A program made the translations under genes and the position numbers. Positions 1 to 9,692 of a stretch of DNA of 64,000 nt are shown here, one piece after another. Under the pieces are notes generated by a model. The model was not told where the DNA came from, did not search any database, and saw nothing but the letters and a program-made list of their open reading frames with translations. Numbering within the stretch: position 1 is the stretch's first letter; every line of letters starts with the position of its first letter. The DNA lies in contig JAXHLW010000013.1 in NCBI GenBank assembly GCA_034521815.1, forward strand, positions 1,760,001-1,824,000, given 5' to 3'. This stretch comes from Trueperaceae bacterium. Lineage in GTDB: Bacteria > Deinococcota > Deinococci > Deinococcales > Trueperaceae.

Positions 1-1203
1 GGTGCCGCTGGCGATCAGCGCGCCACGTCCGCCGTCGACCAGCCGGAACGCGCTGGCCGGACCGGGCGCCAACGTCTGGTCGCGGACCGGGCCGACGCCG
101 TCGCGGTTGAAGTGCGTCGTCAGCCGCGGCCTGGGGCCCGCCGGATCGGCCCAGGCGGCCGGCGCGTTGCCGCAGTGCCACAGCAGCAGCGCGTCGGCCT
201 GCTCGTCCAGGTCGGAGAGGTCCATCAGGATGGCGGGACCACCGGACACCGCCTGCAGCGCCAGCATCGACAGCGCGCCCATCAGGTCGCCCTCGCACGC
301 GGTCGGCGTGCCACGGCCGGCCACCGACCCCATCGCCGCGCACGCCATGGCGTCGCAGGCGCCCGGCAGCTCGGGCCAGCACCGCACCGCCAGGGCGTCC
401 GCGCCGGCATCGCGCGCCATCGCTTCGAGCGCCAGCTCGATGCGGGCGCTCCGCAGCACGGTCGCGTCGTCCACCGCGACGTCGTGACCGACGCGCGAGT
501 CCGAGGCCCGCTGGGCCGCGTCGGCCTCGGGGACCGCCTCGACCGCTCGGTACAGCGCGTCCAGATCCCGGTCCACGACGCGCACGCCGGCGAACGCGGT
601 GGGCAGCTCCTCCAGGGCGTAGAAGGCGGGCGCCGTTCCGCCGATCCGTAGCACCGTGGCCTCGCGGACCGCTCGAAGCGCGCGGAGGGCGGCGACGGTC
701 ACGGCGAACGGCGCCAGGAAGCGCTCCTCGTCGACCTCGCCGTGCAGCCACTTGACGGGCGCGTCGCCGTGGCCCACCTGCGGCGTGCCCAGCATCGAGA
801 GGGTCATCTGCAGGCCGCACAGCGCGTTGAACGGGAGCGGGCCGGTCGCGACGTCGCCTTCGGGCAGCGCCCAGACCGCCAGCCGGGGCGCGGCGTCCAC
901 CAGCGGCGCGATCAGGTCGCCGGTGGCGAAGGTGACGTGCTGCAGCAGCAGCAGGTCGGGCGGGTCGTCCCGGAGCGCCGCCGCGACGGCGTGGGCCTCC
1001 TCCGCGCTGGTGACGGTGGACGGCGGAAGGGGCACGTCGCCGCGCGGGTGGCGCGCGGCCCCGCCGGCCGGCGTCACCAGCTCGAAGCCGAGACGCTCGG
1101 CAGCGGCGGCCAGTCCATCGCGCGAGCGCTGGACGGCGGACGGGGCGTCCCCTTTGAAAGCGGGGCGCGCCAAAGCGACGTGGGCGATACGTAAAGGTCG
1201 CAT
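1..1203 (-). CDS. L-fucose/L-arabinose isomerase-like protein (3' end runs off the window)
   Basis: Not in the ORF track; translated manually from ATG 1203: MRPLRIAHVALARPAFKG...LLLQHVTFATGD...VWALPE...GPLPFNALCG...ACEGDLMGALSML...WHCG, motifs typical of the fucose isomerase-like family. Confidence 0.7.
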   Translation of the reverse strand, partial: MRPLRIAHVALARPAFKGDAPSAVQRSRDGLAAAAERLGFELVTPAGGAARHPRGDVPLPPSTVTSAEEAHAVAAALRDDPPDLLLLQHVTFATGDLIAPLVDAAPRLAVWALPEGDVATGPLPFNALCGLQMTLSMLGTPQVGHGDAPVKWLHGEVDEERFLAPFAVTVAALRALRAVREATVLRIGGTAPAFYALEELPTAFAGVRVVDRDLDALYRAVEAVPEADAAQRASDSRVGHDVAVDDATVLRSARIELALEAMARDAGADALAVRCWPELPGACDAMACAAMGSVAGRGTPTACEGDLMGALSMLALQAVSGGPAILMDLSDLDEQADALLLWHCGNAPAAWADPAGPRPRLTTHFNRDGVGPVRDQTLAPGPASAFRLVDGGRGALIASGT

Positions 1204-1276
1204 GATCTCGAGCGAAAGGCTAGCACCTTCGCGGTCCGCGCGCCCTCGTTCGGCGCGCGGTCCGCGGGGCCGCCTG

Positions 1277-2290
1277 CTACTCGCGGGCGCCGTACACGTC
1301 GATCATCCGGTAGGGGTAGCGCGGTGCGGGCGCGGACACCTCGTCCAGCCGCGCCTGCTCGTCCTCGCTCAGGCCGAGGGTCGCCGCCCCCAGGTTGTCG
1401 TCCAGCTGCTCCGGCGTGCGGACGCCCATCAGGACGGTCGAGACGGTGGGCCGTCCCAGCAGCCACGCCAGCGCCACCTGGCTGGGCGTGGCGTCGTGCG
1501 TCTCCGCGACCTCGCGGACGACGTCCAGCGTGCGCCAGTTGCGCTCCTGATCGCGCCGCGTCCACGCCTCCTCGGCGTGGTCGGGCGTGCCGCCGATCCG
1601 GCCGGTGTCCGCGTCGGGCGTCTCGTCTCGCCGGTACTTGCCGGCCAGGAAGCCGCCGCCCAGCGGTCCCCACGGCACCATCCCGATGCCCTCCTCCCAG
1701 CACAGGCTGTCGAACTCGGGATCGACGTCGCGCTCGACCAGGCTCATCTGGTACTGCGCCGCGACGAACGGCGCGAGGCTCCGCTCGCGTTGCAGCGTGC
1801 GCGCCTTGGCGACCTGCCACGCCCGGAAGTTCGACACCCCGAGGTAGCGCGCCATGCCGCGCCGGACCACCTCGTCCAGCACGTCCAGGGTCTCCTCCAG
1901 CGGCGTCCACGGGTCCCAGCAGTGGGCGTAGAGCAGGTCGACGTGGTCGGTACCCAAGCGCTTCAGGCTGGCCTCGACCGCACGGAGCACGTGGTGGCGC
2001 GACAGCCCTTCGTCGTTCGGTCCGTCGCCGGTCCGGAAGCGGACCTTCGTCGCCAGCGTCACCTCGTCGCGCCGGTCCCGGATCGCCTCGCCGACGATCT
2101 CCTCGCTGCGCCCGCCGGCGTACACGTTCGCCGTGTCGATGTGGGTGCCTCCGGCCGCCAGGAAGGTGTCGATCATGCGCCGGGCCAGGTCGGGCGGCGT
2201 GCCCCTGGTCTTCTCCTCGCCGAAGACCATCGTGCCGAGCGCCAATGCGCTGACGCGCAACCCGCTCTCTCCGAGTCGCCGATGCTCCAT
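1277..2290 (-). CDS. aldo/keto reductase
   Basis: MEHRRLGESGLRVSALALGTM, IDTANVY, LATK, DLLYAH, GVSNF, PWGPLGGGFLAGKY; GGAGG SD before ATG 2290. Confidence 0.93.
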   Translation of the reverse strand: MEHRRLGESGLRVSALALGTMVFGEEKTRGTPPDLARRMIDTFLAAGGTHIDTANVYAGGRSEEIVGEAIRDRRDEVTLATKVRFRTGDGPNDEGLSRHHVLRAVEASLKRLGTDHVDLLYAHCWDPWTPLEETLDVLDEVVRRGMARYLGVSNFRAWQVAKARTLQRERSLAPFVAAQYQMSLVERDVDPEFDSLCWEEGIGMVPWGPLGGGFLAGKYRRDETPDADTGRIGGTPDHAEEAWTRRDQERNWRTLDVVREVAETHDATPSQVALAWLLGRPTVSTVLMGVRTPEQLDDNLGAATLGLSEDEQARLDEVSAPAPRYPYRMIDVYGARE

Positions 2291-2347
2291 CTCGCACCTC
2301 CGTTTCGTGTCTCCGACGCTAGCACGCGCCGCCCGGCGGCCCTCACG

Positions 2348-2376
2348 TTGACGCCGCGCCGTCGCCCGTCCATACT
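2348..2376 (+). promoter_or_regulatory. sigma70-type promoter for the RIO kinase gene
   Basis: TTGACG (2348-53), 17-bp spacer, CATACT (2371-76); GAGGT SD precedes TTG start 2394. Confidence 0.6.
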
Positions 2377-2393
2377 GCGACCCGAGGTCTCCT

Positions 2394-3254
2394 TTGAGCG
2401 ACGACGAGTACGGCGACGAGTACGCGGACGAGCAGTTCCGGGGCAAGCCCAAGCGCGGCCCGCGAGGTCGCGCCCGCATGGACACCCTTCGCGACCAGTC
2501 CGGCCCGGACGCCGGTCTCGCGAAGCTGCGCGAGCGCGGCCTGGTCCACGAGATCGTGGGGGAGCTCAAGAGCGGCAAGGAGGCCGACGTCGTGCTGGCG
2601 CGCGGCGATGCCGGCCTGATCGTGCTCAAGATCCACCGTGATCCCGCCGCGGGCGGCTTCCGACCCGACGCGGTGTACCTGGACGGGCGGCGCATGCCGC
2701 GCGGCCGCCTGCGCAAGGTGCTGGACCGCGGCGCGCGCGCGGGCCTGCCGACGGACCTGGCGCTGTGGGTGCTGCACGAGACCAAGACGCTCTGGGAGCT
2801 GCACCGCGCCGGCATCGCCGTCCCGCGGCCGCTGCTGGGGCCCGGCGCGCACGAGATCCTGGACGCGGGCCGGATCGTGCCGATGGCGTTCATCGGCGAT
2901 CCGGACGGCACGCCCGCCCCGCGCCTGGCCGACACCCAGCCCACCCCGGAGGAGGCCCGGAGCGCCTGGCGCCAGGCGAAGGACGCCGCGGCCGCGATGC
3001 TGCGCGCCGGCGTCGTGCACGGCGACCTGAGCGCCTGGAACCTGCTGTGGCACGACGGTCGGATCGTCGTGATCGACGTCCCGCAAGCGGTGATGGTCGA
3101 GGAGTCTCCCCACGCGGCGCAGCTGTTCACGCGCGACGTCGTCTCGCTGGTGGAGAGCGTGCGGCCGATGGGCATCGACCTGGACCCGGCCGAGGTCGAG
3201 GCGGAGCTGCGCGTCGCCGCCGGGCTCCCGCCCCACGGCCCGTTTCCGTTCTGA
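2394..3254 (+). CDS. RIO1-family atypical Ser/Thr kinase/ATPase
   Basis: LKSGKEADV P-loop, VLKIH, VHGDLSAWNLLW catalytic loop, IDVPQ metal-binding loop. Confidence 0.85.
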   Translation: MSDDEYGDEYADEQFRGKPKRGPRGRARMDTLRDQSGPDAGLAKLRERGLVHEIVGELKSGKEADVVLARGDAGLIVLKIHRDPAAGGFRPDAVYLDGRRMPRGRLRKVLDRGARAGLPTDLALWVLHETKTLWELHRAGIAVPRPLLGPGAHEILDAGRIVPMAFIGDPDGTPAPRLADTQPTPEEARSAWRQAKDAAAAMLRAGVVHGDLSAWNLLWHDGRIVVIDVPQAVMVEESPHAAQLFTRDVVSLVESVRPMGIDLDPAEVEAELRVAAGLPPHGPFPF

Positions 3255-3388
3255 TCCACGCACGCGCAGTCCATTTGACGGCACCTTCCGACGCCGCTGC
3301 CTAGGATCAGGCGCGGGACGCATGCGTCGTTCGGATACGCGAACGACGCGCAGGGGGAGGACTCAGAGGACTCAGGAGGCGACACCGA

Positions 3389-3913
3389 ATGGAGACCCCT
3401 CGTAGACACACCCAACGTCGGCAGCGCGGCGCCTGGCGTCGGCTGCTCTCCGCCGCCGTCTTGATCGCTCTGGCCCTGGCTGCTGGCACGTCGAGCCTGG
3501 CGGTCGCCCAAGAGGTGGATACCGGCATGACGACGATTGCCAGCAGCTACGACTTCGCTCGAACGACAGCGAACCTCGAACAGGTGATCGCCGACGAAGG
3601 CCTGAACCTCGTGACGACGTTCGACCACGCTGCGAGCGCTGAAGCAGCCGGCCTGGATCTGCTCCCTACCACCGTGTTCGTGTTCGGGAACCCCCATGCC
3701 GGCACGCCGCTGATGCAGGCGGCGCGCACCATTGCCCTCGATCTGCCGCAGAAGATGCTGGTGTGGGAAGACGAGGTGGGCGACGTGTTCGTCACCTGGC
3801 GCGAGCCTGCGACGTTCGCGGCCGACCACGGACTTGCGGCCGACCACGGGGCGCTTCCGAACATCTCTGCCCTTCTCGAGGCGCTTGCCCGCACCGCGGC
3901 TGGTTCGGAGTAG
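3389..3913 (+). CDS. exported DUF302-domain protein
   Basis: Signal peptide; FDHAASA...GLDL.PTTVFVFGNPHAGTPLMQ...IALDLPQKMLVWED pattern. Confidence 0.85.
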   Translation: METPRRHTQRRQRGAWRRLLSAAVLIALALAAGTSSLAVAQEVDTGMTTIASSYDFARTTANLEQVIADEGLNLVTTFDHAASAEAAGLDLLPTTVFVFGNPHAGTPLMQAARTIALDLPQKMLVWEDEVGDVFVTWREPATFAADHGLAADHGALPNISALLEALARTAAGSE

Positions 3914-3998
3914 GTCGCCGAAGCGCGGCTCCTCTCGACCGCATCAACGGCGTCGCGGCCGACGAGATCGCAGTACTCGCAGGCGCCGCTTCTCCGCC

Positions 3999-5129
3999 TC
4001 AGGCCCGCCGCGTCGAGCGCCACAACGCCACCACCACCAGCCACAGCAGCCCGACCGTGCCCGCCATCAGCGTCGGGATCCAGTCGGGCCCGCCCCGCTC
4101 GACGACCCAGCCGATCGCGCCGGAGGTCGCGACCGGTCCCAGCGTGGCGGCGGCCAGCACCGCCGACGCGATCGTCTCGCCGCGGCGCGGGAAGACGCGC
4201 TGCAGCCACGCCAGCCCGGTCGGGAAGATCGGCGCGAACGCCAGGCCCACCAGCGGGTAGGCGAACGGGGCCAGCGGGTCGTGGTGCGTGGCGAGCAGCG
4301 CGACGAACGCCAGCGAGGTCGCGCCCAGCACCATCGTGGCGGGCCGGACGCGGGCGCTGAGCGGCGTCGCCAGCAACCGCCCGATCGTCAGCGCCGCCCA
4401 GTAGGCACTGGCGTTCAGCGCCGCGGCGCGCTCGCCCAGCAGCGGCGCCAAATGGACCGTCTCCCAGCTGCCCACGCCGACCTCGCCGGTGACGTAGAGG
4501 AAGTACATGATCACGAACCCGCCGGCGGCCAGCCACGGCACGCCCGCCGCCGCGGACGGCGCGGGTCGGCCCGGCTCGGTCAGCCGCGCCGACAGGATCG
4601 CCACGCCCGCCGCGATGACCGCCACGCCGATCATCGGCCAGCGAAGCGTGCCGCCGGCCACCGCGACCGCGGCCGGCCCTGCCACGGCGCCGACGCCGAA
4701 CATCGCGTTCAGGAGGTTCAGGGCGGGCGCCGCGTTCGGCGCGAACGAGCGGGCGACCAGCAGGTTGAGCGCCACGTCCACCAGGCCGAACCCCAGCCCG
4801 CCCAGTCCGGCGCCCACGAGCACCCACGGCCAGCTGGGCGCCCAGGCCACGACCGCCGCGCCCGCCGCCATGCCCGCCGAGCCCAGCAGCAGGGGCCAGC
4901 GGTAGCCGACGGTGACCAGCAGCGGACCGGCGATCGCGATGGTCACGAAGCTTCCCGCGAAGTGGAGCGCGACGGTCTGACCGACCAGGTCGAGCCCCAC
5001 GTCGAACCGCCGCACCAGCGACGGAAACGCCGGGCCGTACATCGACTGGATCGCGCCCAGCGCGAAGAACCCGAGGAATCCGGCCAGCAGCAGGCGGCGG
5101 CGATCGACATCGCGGAGAACGGCGCGCAC
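3999..5129 (-). CDS. MFS transporter (TsgA/FucP-like), paralog 1
   Basis: About 12 hydrophobic segments, YGPAFP, LNLLNAMFGVGAVAGP, YVTGEVG, FAPIFPT. Confidence 0.85.
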   Translation of the reverse strand: MRAVLRDVDRRRLLLAGFLGFFALGAIQSMYGPAFPSLVRRFDVGLDLVGQTVALHFAGSFVTIAIAGPLLVTVGYRWPLLLGSAGMAAGAAVVAWAPSWPWVLVGAGLGGLGFGLVDVALNLLVARSFAPNAAPALNLLNAMFGVGAVAGPAAVAVAGGTLRWPMIGVAVIAAGVAILSARLTEPGRPAPSAAAGVPWLAAGGFVIMYFLYVTGEVGVGSWETVHLAPLLGERAAALNASAYWAALTIGRLLATPLSARVRPATMVLGATSLAFVALLATHHDPLAPFAYPLVGLAFAPIFPTGLAWLQRVFPRRGETIASAVLAAATLGPVATSGAIGWVVERGGPDWIPTLMAGTVGLLWLVVVALWRSTRRA

Positions 5130-5213
5130 GGCGTCGAAGGATACCGCGCCCGGCGACGCGGGAGGCCCGCCCCGGTCGGCTATACTCGGCGTCCGTGCAT
5201 GCAGGAGGCCTCC

Positions 5214-7973
5214 ATGACCGATGACGCCCGCTCCCTAACGCCGGCCCAGCCGTCGCCCCGCACCGCGGCGCAACGCGAGCAGGCCGACTGGATCGACGAT
5301 CTCCGCCGCGGCTACCTCGCGTTCTTCGAAGAGAAGGGCCACCTGCGGCGGCCCTCCGCTCCGGTGAAGAGCGACGATCCCACGCTGATGTTCACCTCGG
5401 CCGGGATGGTCCAGTTCAAGCCGTACTTCCTGGGCGCCACCCCCAAGTTCGCCGGGGTGAAAGGCGTCCATCACCGCGTCACGACCGCGCAGAAGTGCCT
5501 CCGGATCAACGACATCGAGAACGTCGGGCGGACGCTGCGGCACCACTCGTTCTTCGAGATGCTGGGCAACTTCAGCTTCGGCGACTACTTCAAGCGCGAG
5601 GCCGCGCAGTGGGCGTGGGAGTACCTGGTCGAGCGGCTGGGCTTCGACCCGGAGCGCCTGTACGTCACGATCTACCTGGACGACGACCAGGCGGACGAGG
5701 TCTGGCGGAACGACGTGGGCGTCCCCGCCGACCGGATCAGCCGCTGGGACGAGGACGAGAACTTCTGGCCGGCCAACGCCGTGAGCGAGGGGCCCAACGG
5801 CCCGTGCGGGCCGTGCTCGGAGGTCTTCTTCGACCGCGGTCCCGAGTACGGAACGAAGGACGAGAACGGTCCGAACACCGGGAGCGGCGACCGCTTCATC
5901 GAGATCTGGAACCTGGTGTTCACGCAGTTCGACCGCCAGCCGGACGGCTCGCTGGAGCCGTTGCCGCAGGAGAACATCGACACGGGGCTCGGCTTCGAGC
6001 GCCTGGTGGCGGTGATGCTGGGCGCCGAGGACGCCTACGCCACCGAGCTGTTCCAGCCCACCATCCGCGAGGTCGCTCGCCGCTCCGGCGTCGCGTACGA
6101 GGGGGTCGACAGCACCTCCCACCGCGTGATCGCCGACCACCTCCGCGCGGTCGCGTTCGCGGTCTCCGACGGCGTGCTGCCGGCCAACGACGGCGCGGGC
6201 TACGTGATCAAGATGCTGCTCCGCCGCGCCAGCCGACACGCCTGGCTGCTGGGGCTGAAGGAGCCGGTGCTGCACGCGCTGGTTCCCGCCGTGGTCCAGG
6301 CGATGGGGACGGCGTACCCGGAGCTGGCCGACGGTCAGGAGCGCATCCAGGCGATCGTGCGCGGCGAGGAGGAGCAGTTCCTGCGCACGCTCGAGGCCGG
6401 GATCCAGCGGGTCAAGACGGTCCTGGACGACCTGGACGGCGAGGTGCTGCCGGGCGACGTGGCGTTCGATCTGTGGCAGACGCACGGCTTCCCGCTGGAC
6501 CTCACGCGTGATCTGGCCGCCGAGCGCGGCGTGTCGGTGGACGCCGATGGGTACCGCGCGGCCCGCGAGCGGGCCCGCGAGCGCTCGCGCGGATCGAAGG
6601 AGACGGGTGCGCTGTTCGCCGCTCAGGGCGACACGATGGGCCGCATCGCCGAGCGCGCCGGCGAGACGGAGTTCCTCGGCTACCAGGCGGATCGCGCGGG
6701 GTCGCAGGTGGTCGCCGTGCTGGAGGGCGACGACGAGATCGACGCCCTGGGCGAGGGACGCCGGGCGACCGTGATCCTGGACCGGACGCCGTTCTACCCC
6801 GAGGGCGGCGGGCAGATCGGCGACGTCGGCAAGCTGGTCTGGGACGGCGGCGCCGCCACGGTCCGCGGCACCCGCCGCAGCCCGCAGGGCCTGATCCTGC
6901 ACGAAGCCGAGGTCGTGCGCGGCACGCTCCGCGCCGGCGCCCGCGTGGACGCCCAGGTCGACCCCCAACGCGTGGAGACCCAGAAGCACCACAGCGCCAC
7001 CCACCTGCTGCACGCCGCGCTTCGCACCGTCGTCGGCACGCACGTCGCCCAGGCCGGATCGCTGGTCGCGCCCGATCGGCTGCGCTTCGACGTCTCGCAC
7101 GGCGCGGCGCTCGCAGCGGACGAGCTCGCGCGGGTCGAGACGCTCGTGAACCGCTGGATCCAGGCCGACCTGGACGTCGGCTGGCGCGAGGTGCCGATCG
7201 CCGAGGCGCGCACCGCCGGCGCGATGATGCTGTTCGGCGAGAAGTACGGCGACTCGGTGCGGATGGTGACGATGGGTCGCGAGACGGAGGCGTCCGGCGC
7301 GCCCGCCGACCAGGCGGTGTCGATCGAGCTGTGCGGGGGCACCCACGTCCAGCGCACCGGTCAGATCGGCCCGTTCCTGATCACCGGCGAGGAGGCGGTC
7401 TCGGCCGGCGTGCGACGCATCACCGCGCTGGCCGGCCAGGCCGCCCTGGCGCACGTCCGCGAGCTTCGAGATCGCGAGTCGCGCCTCGCCGGCCTGCTGG
7501 GCGGGCTCCCAGGCGAGCTCGAGCAGCGCGCCAGAAAGCTTCAGGACGACGTCAAGACGGCCCGCAACGAGCTGGCCGCGCTTCGCGAGAAGCTGGCCGA
7601 GGCCCGCACCGGCGCCGGTGGCGGGATCGACGGACGCGAGGTGCCCGGCGTGGGCATGGTGGTCGTGGTCGAGATCGACGGGCTGGACGCCGGCAGCCTG
7701 CGCAACGCCGCCGACACGGCGCTGAGCCGCTCGAAGGCCGACGTCGTCGTTCTGGGCAGCGGCGCCTCGCTGGTCGTCAAGGTGGGCGAGGAGGCCCAGG
7801 CCAACGGCGTCAAGGCCGGCGACCTGGCGCGCACGCTGGCCAAGCGGGCGGGCGGCGGCGGCGGGGGCCGGCCGGACATGGCGCAGGCCGGCGCCAAGGA
7901 CGCGGACGCGTTGGCGGCGGTGCTGGCCGAGCTCCAGAGCGGGTCGCTGGACGCCGAGCTGTTCGGCGGCTGA
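5214..7973 (+). CDS. alaS: alanine--tRNA ligase
   Basis: DPTLMFTSAGMVQFKPYFLG, HHSFFEMLGNFSFGDYFK, IDTGLGFERL, HHSATHLLH, ELCGGTHV, GGGGGRPDMAQAG; AGGAGG SD before ATG 5214. Confidence 0.98.
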   Translation: MTDDARSLTPAQPSPRTAAQREQADWIDDLRRGYLAFFEEKGHLRRPSAPVKSDDPTLMFTSAGMVQFKPYFLGATPKFAGVKGVHHRVTTAQKCLRINDIENVGRTLRHHSFFEMLGNFSFGDYFKREAAQWAWEYLVERLGFDPERLYVTIYLDDDQADEVWRNDVGVPADRISRWDEDENFWPANAVSEGPNGPCGPCSEVFFDRGPEYGTKDENGPNTGSGDRFIEIWNLVFTQFDRQPDGSLEPLPQENIDTGLGFERLVAVMLGAEDAYATELFQPTIREVARRSGVAYEGVDSTSHRVIADHLRAVAFAVSDGVLPANDGAGYVIKMLLRRASRHAWLLGLKEPVLHALVPAVVQAMGTAYPELADGQERIQAIVRGEEEQFLRTLEAGIQRVKTVLDDLDGEVLPGDVAFDLWQTHGFPLDLTRDLAAERGVSVDADGYRAARERARERSRGSKETGALFAAQGDTMGRIAERAGETEFLGYQADRAGSQVVAVLEGDDEIDALGEGRRATVILDRTPFYPEGGGQIGDVGKLVWDGGAATVRGTRRSPQGLILHEAEVVRGTLRAGARVDAQVDPQRVETQKHHSATHLLHAALRTVVGTHVAQAGSLVAPDRLRFDVSHGAALAADELARVETLVNRWIQADLDVGWREVPIAEARTAGAMMLFGEKYGDSVRMVTMGRETEASGAPADQAVSIELCGGTHVQRTGQIGPFLITGEEAVSAGVRRITALAGQAALAHVRELRDRESRLAGLLGGLPGELEQRARKLQDDVKTARNELAALREKLAEARTGAGGGIDGREVPGVGMVVVVEIDGLDAGSLRNAADTALSRSKADVVVLGSGASLVVKVGEEAQANGVKAGDLARTLAKRAGGGGGGRPDMAQAGAKDADALAAVLAELQSGSLDAELFGG

Positions 7974-7977
7974 GCTC

Positions 7978-8901
7978 GTGTCCGAGACTGCCGCCGAGAC
8001 CGCTGCCGAGACCGTGCTGGGGCTCGACGTCGGTGACGCGCGGATCGGCGTCGCCCGGGCCGAGGTCGGCATGAGCCTCGCCTTCGGCCGGGGGGCGATC
8101 CGGCGTGGCCGGCAGGCCGAGGACGTCGCCGAGGTCCGCCGCTTGGCGCTCGACGAGGGCGCGGGCCGCATCGTCGTCGGCCTGCCCACCCGCACGGACG
8201 GGCGCGACTCGAAGCAGACGCAGCGTGTCCGCGCCTTCGCCCGCGCCCTGGCCGACGCCGGCCTGATCGTGGAGCTCGAGGACGAGCGCTTCACCACCCG
8301 CATCGCCGAACGCCAGCTGGCCGGCGGGCCGTTGCCGGCAGGCAAGCGGCGCGACAAGGGTCGCGTGGACGAGGCGTCCGCCATCCTGATCCTGGAGAGC
8401 TGGCTCGGACGCCGGCAGGCGAGCATCGAAGACAGCCGCCCGATCGACGACGCGGTCGGCGGCGAGCCGAGCAGCGAGCCGAGCGCGAGTCGAGCAGCGA
8501 GGACGTTCCGTGAGCGCTGCGCGCCACCGTGGCCGGAACGTCGTGCGCCTGCTCGGCGGCCTCGCCGTCGGCGCCGTGCTCGTGGGCGCGGCCGCGGCGA
8601 TCTGGTTCTGGGCCCTCCTCGAGCCGGCCGACCCGACGAGCGCGACGCAGCGCGTGTTCGAGGTCCAGCCCGGCTGGGGCGCCGCGCGGGTCGCGGCGGA
8701 GCTCGAGGCGGAGGGACTGATCCGCGACGCTCGCGCCTTCTCGATCTGGCTCAGGCTGCGCGACCTGGACCGCGACGTGGGCGAAGGGCTGTACGACCTC
8801 TCCCCCGCCATGGGCGCGACGGAGCTCGCGGAGCGGCTGGCGGCCGGCGGGCGACCCCGGACCGTGACGCTGGTGATCCCCGAGGGCTGGCGGGCACGTG
8901 A
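7978..8901 (+). CDS. ruvX: Holliday junction resolvase-like / pre-16S rRNA nuclease RuvX (YqgF); likely true end 8513 (see frameshift finding)
   Basis: LGLDVGDARIGVA, IVVGLP, DERFTT, VDEASAILILESWL; alaS-ruvX-mltG order; recognisable similarity ends near 8415. Confidence 0.9.
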   Translation: MSETAAETAAETVLGLDVGDARIGVARAEVGMSLAFGRGAIRRGRQAEDVAEVRRLALDEGAGRIVVGLPTRTDGRDSKQTQRVRAFARALADAGLIVELEDERFTTRIAERQLAGGPLPAGKRRDKGRVDEASAILILESWLGRRQASIEDSRPIDDAVGGEPSSEPSASRAARTFRERCAPPWPERRAPARRPRRRRRARGRGRGDLVLGPPRAGRPDERDAARVRGPARLGRRAGRGGARGGGTDPRRSRLLDLAQAARPGPRRGRRAVRPLPRHGRDGARGAAGGRRATPDRDAGDPRGLAGT

Positions 8902-9565
8902 CGTGGCCGCGCGCCTGAGCGCATTGGGCGTCGCGGAGGCGGACGTGGCTCAGGCGACGATCGACGATCCGGGCACGCTGGCACCACCCTGGCTCCCCGC
9001 CGACGCCGGGCTCGAGGGCTACCTGTTCCCCGACACCTACGAGCTGCGACTGGACGCCGGCGCGGAGGCGGCGCTGGGTACGCCGGTGCGCGCGTTCGAG
9101 CAGCGGGTCGCCCAGGTCTACGCCGAGCAGGTGGACGAGGCGGGCCTGTCGCTGCACGAATGGACGATCCTGGCCAGCATGGTGCAGGCCGAGGCGGCCG
9201 GGCCCGACGAGATGCCGATCATCGCCGGCGTGTTCCTGAACCGTCTCGACCTGGAGATGTTGCTCCAGTCCGACCCGACCGTCGCGTACGGTCTGGACAA
9301 GCGCCTCCCCGAGCTGTCCGCGATCGACGGCGACATGCGGGTCGACCATCCGTGGAACACCTACACGCGGCCGGGACTCCCGCACGGCCCGATCGGCAAC
9401 CCCGGCCTCGAAGCGCTCGAGGCGGTGCTGGCGCCCGATCGGACGCGCGGCGACGGCCGGCTGTGGCTCTACTTCCTGCACGGGGTCGACGACGGCTCGC
9501 CGGTGTTTCGGCCCAACGTCGACCTGCCCTCGCACGAACGGGACGTGGACCGCTTCCTCAGGTGA
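8510..9565 (+). CDS. mltG: endolytic transglycosylase MltG
   Basis: N-terminal TM, TLVIPEG, LEGYLFPDTY, LASMVQAE, LQSDPTVAY, PWNTYTRPGLPHGPIGNPG. Confidence 0.95.
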   Translation: MSAARHRGRNVVRLLGGLAVGAVLVGAAAAIWFWALLEPADPTSATQRVFEVQPGWGAARVAAELEAEGLIRDARAFSIWLRLRDLDRDVGEGLYDLSPAMGATELAERLAAGGRPRTVTLVIPEGWRARDVAARLSALGVAEADVAQATIDDPGTLAPPWLPADAGLEGYLFPDTYELRLDAGAEAALGTPVRAFEQRVAQVYAEQVDEAGLSLHEWTILASMVQAEAAGPDEMPIIAGVFLNRLDLEMLLQSDPTVAYGLDKRLPELSAIDGDMRVDHPWNTYTRPGLPHGPIGNPGLEALEAVLAPDRTRGDGRLWLYFLHGVDDGSPVFRPNVDLPSHERDVDRFLR

Positions 9566-9692
9566 GATCCGTGGCGGCGAACCGCGCCTGAAAGCCCGCC
9601 AGATCCGCGTGGTATGTTCCCGCACATGTCCTCGGTCCAGGAGCCTCGCCCGCGACGGGATCGCGGGCCTCGACCGCTAGGAGCGTGAGCCT

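Noticed and set aside
3732..5213. Apparent 494-aa N-terminal extension of AlaS
   Set aside because: Antisense to the MFS gene; a clear SD and ATG at 5214 mark the real start
5130..5213. T-box or riboswitch upstream of alaS
   Set aside because: The intergenic region is too short and a TATACT -10 box lies only about 27 nt before the ATG
5235..8426. 1063-aa antisense ORF, and many similar long ORFs (e.g. 656-2641, 11995-13821, 13238-14908, 27284-29011, 46976-48724, 58860-60647)
   Set aside because: Shadow frames of real genes in very high-GC DNA; Arg/Ala/Pro-rich, no motifs, fully overlapping well-supported CDSs
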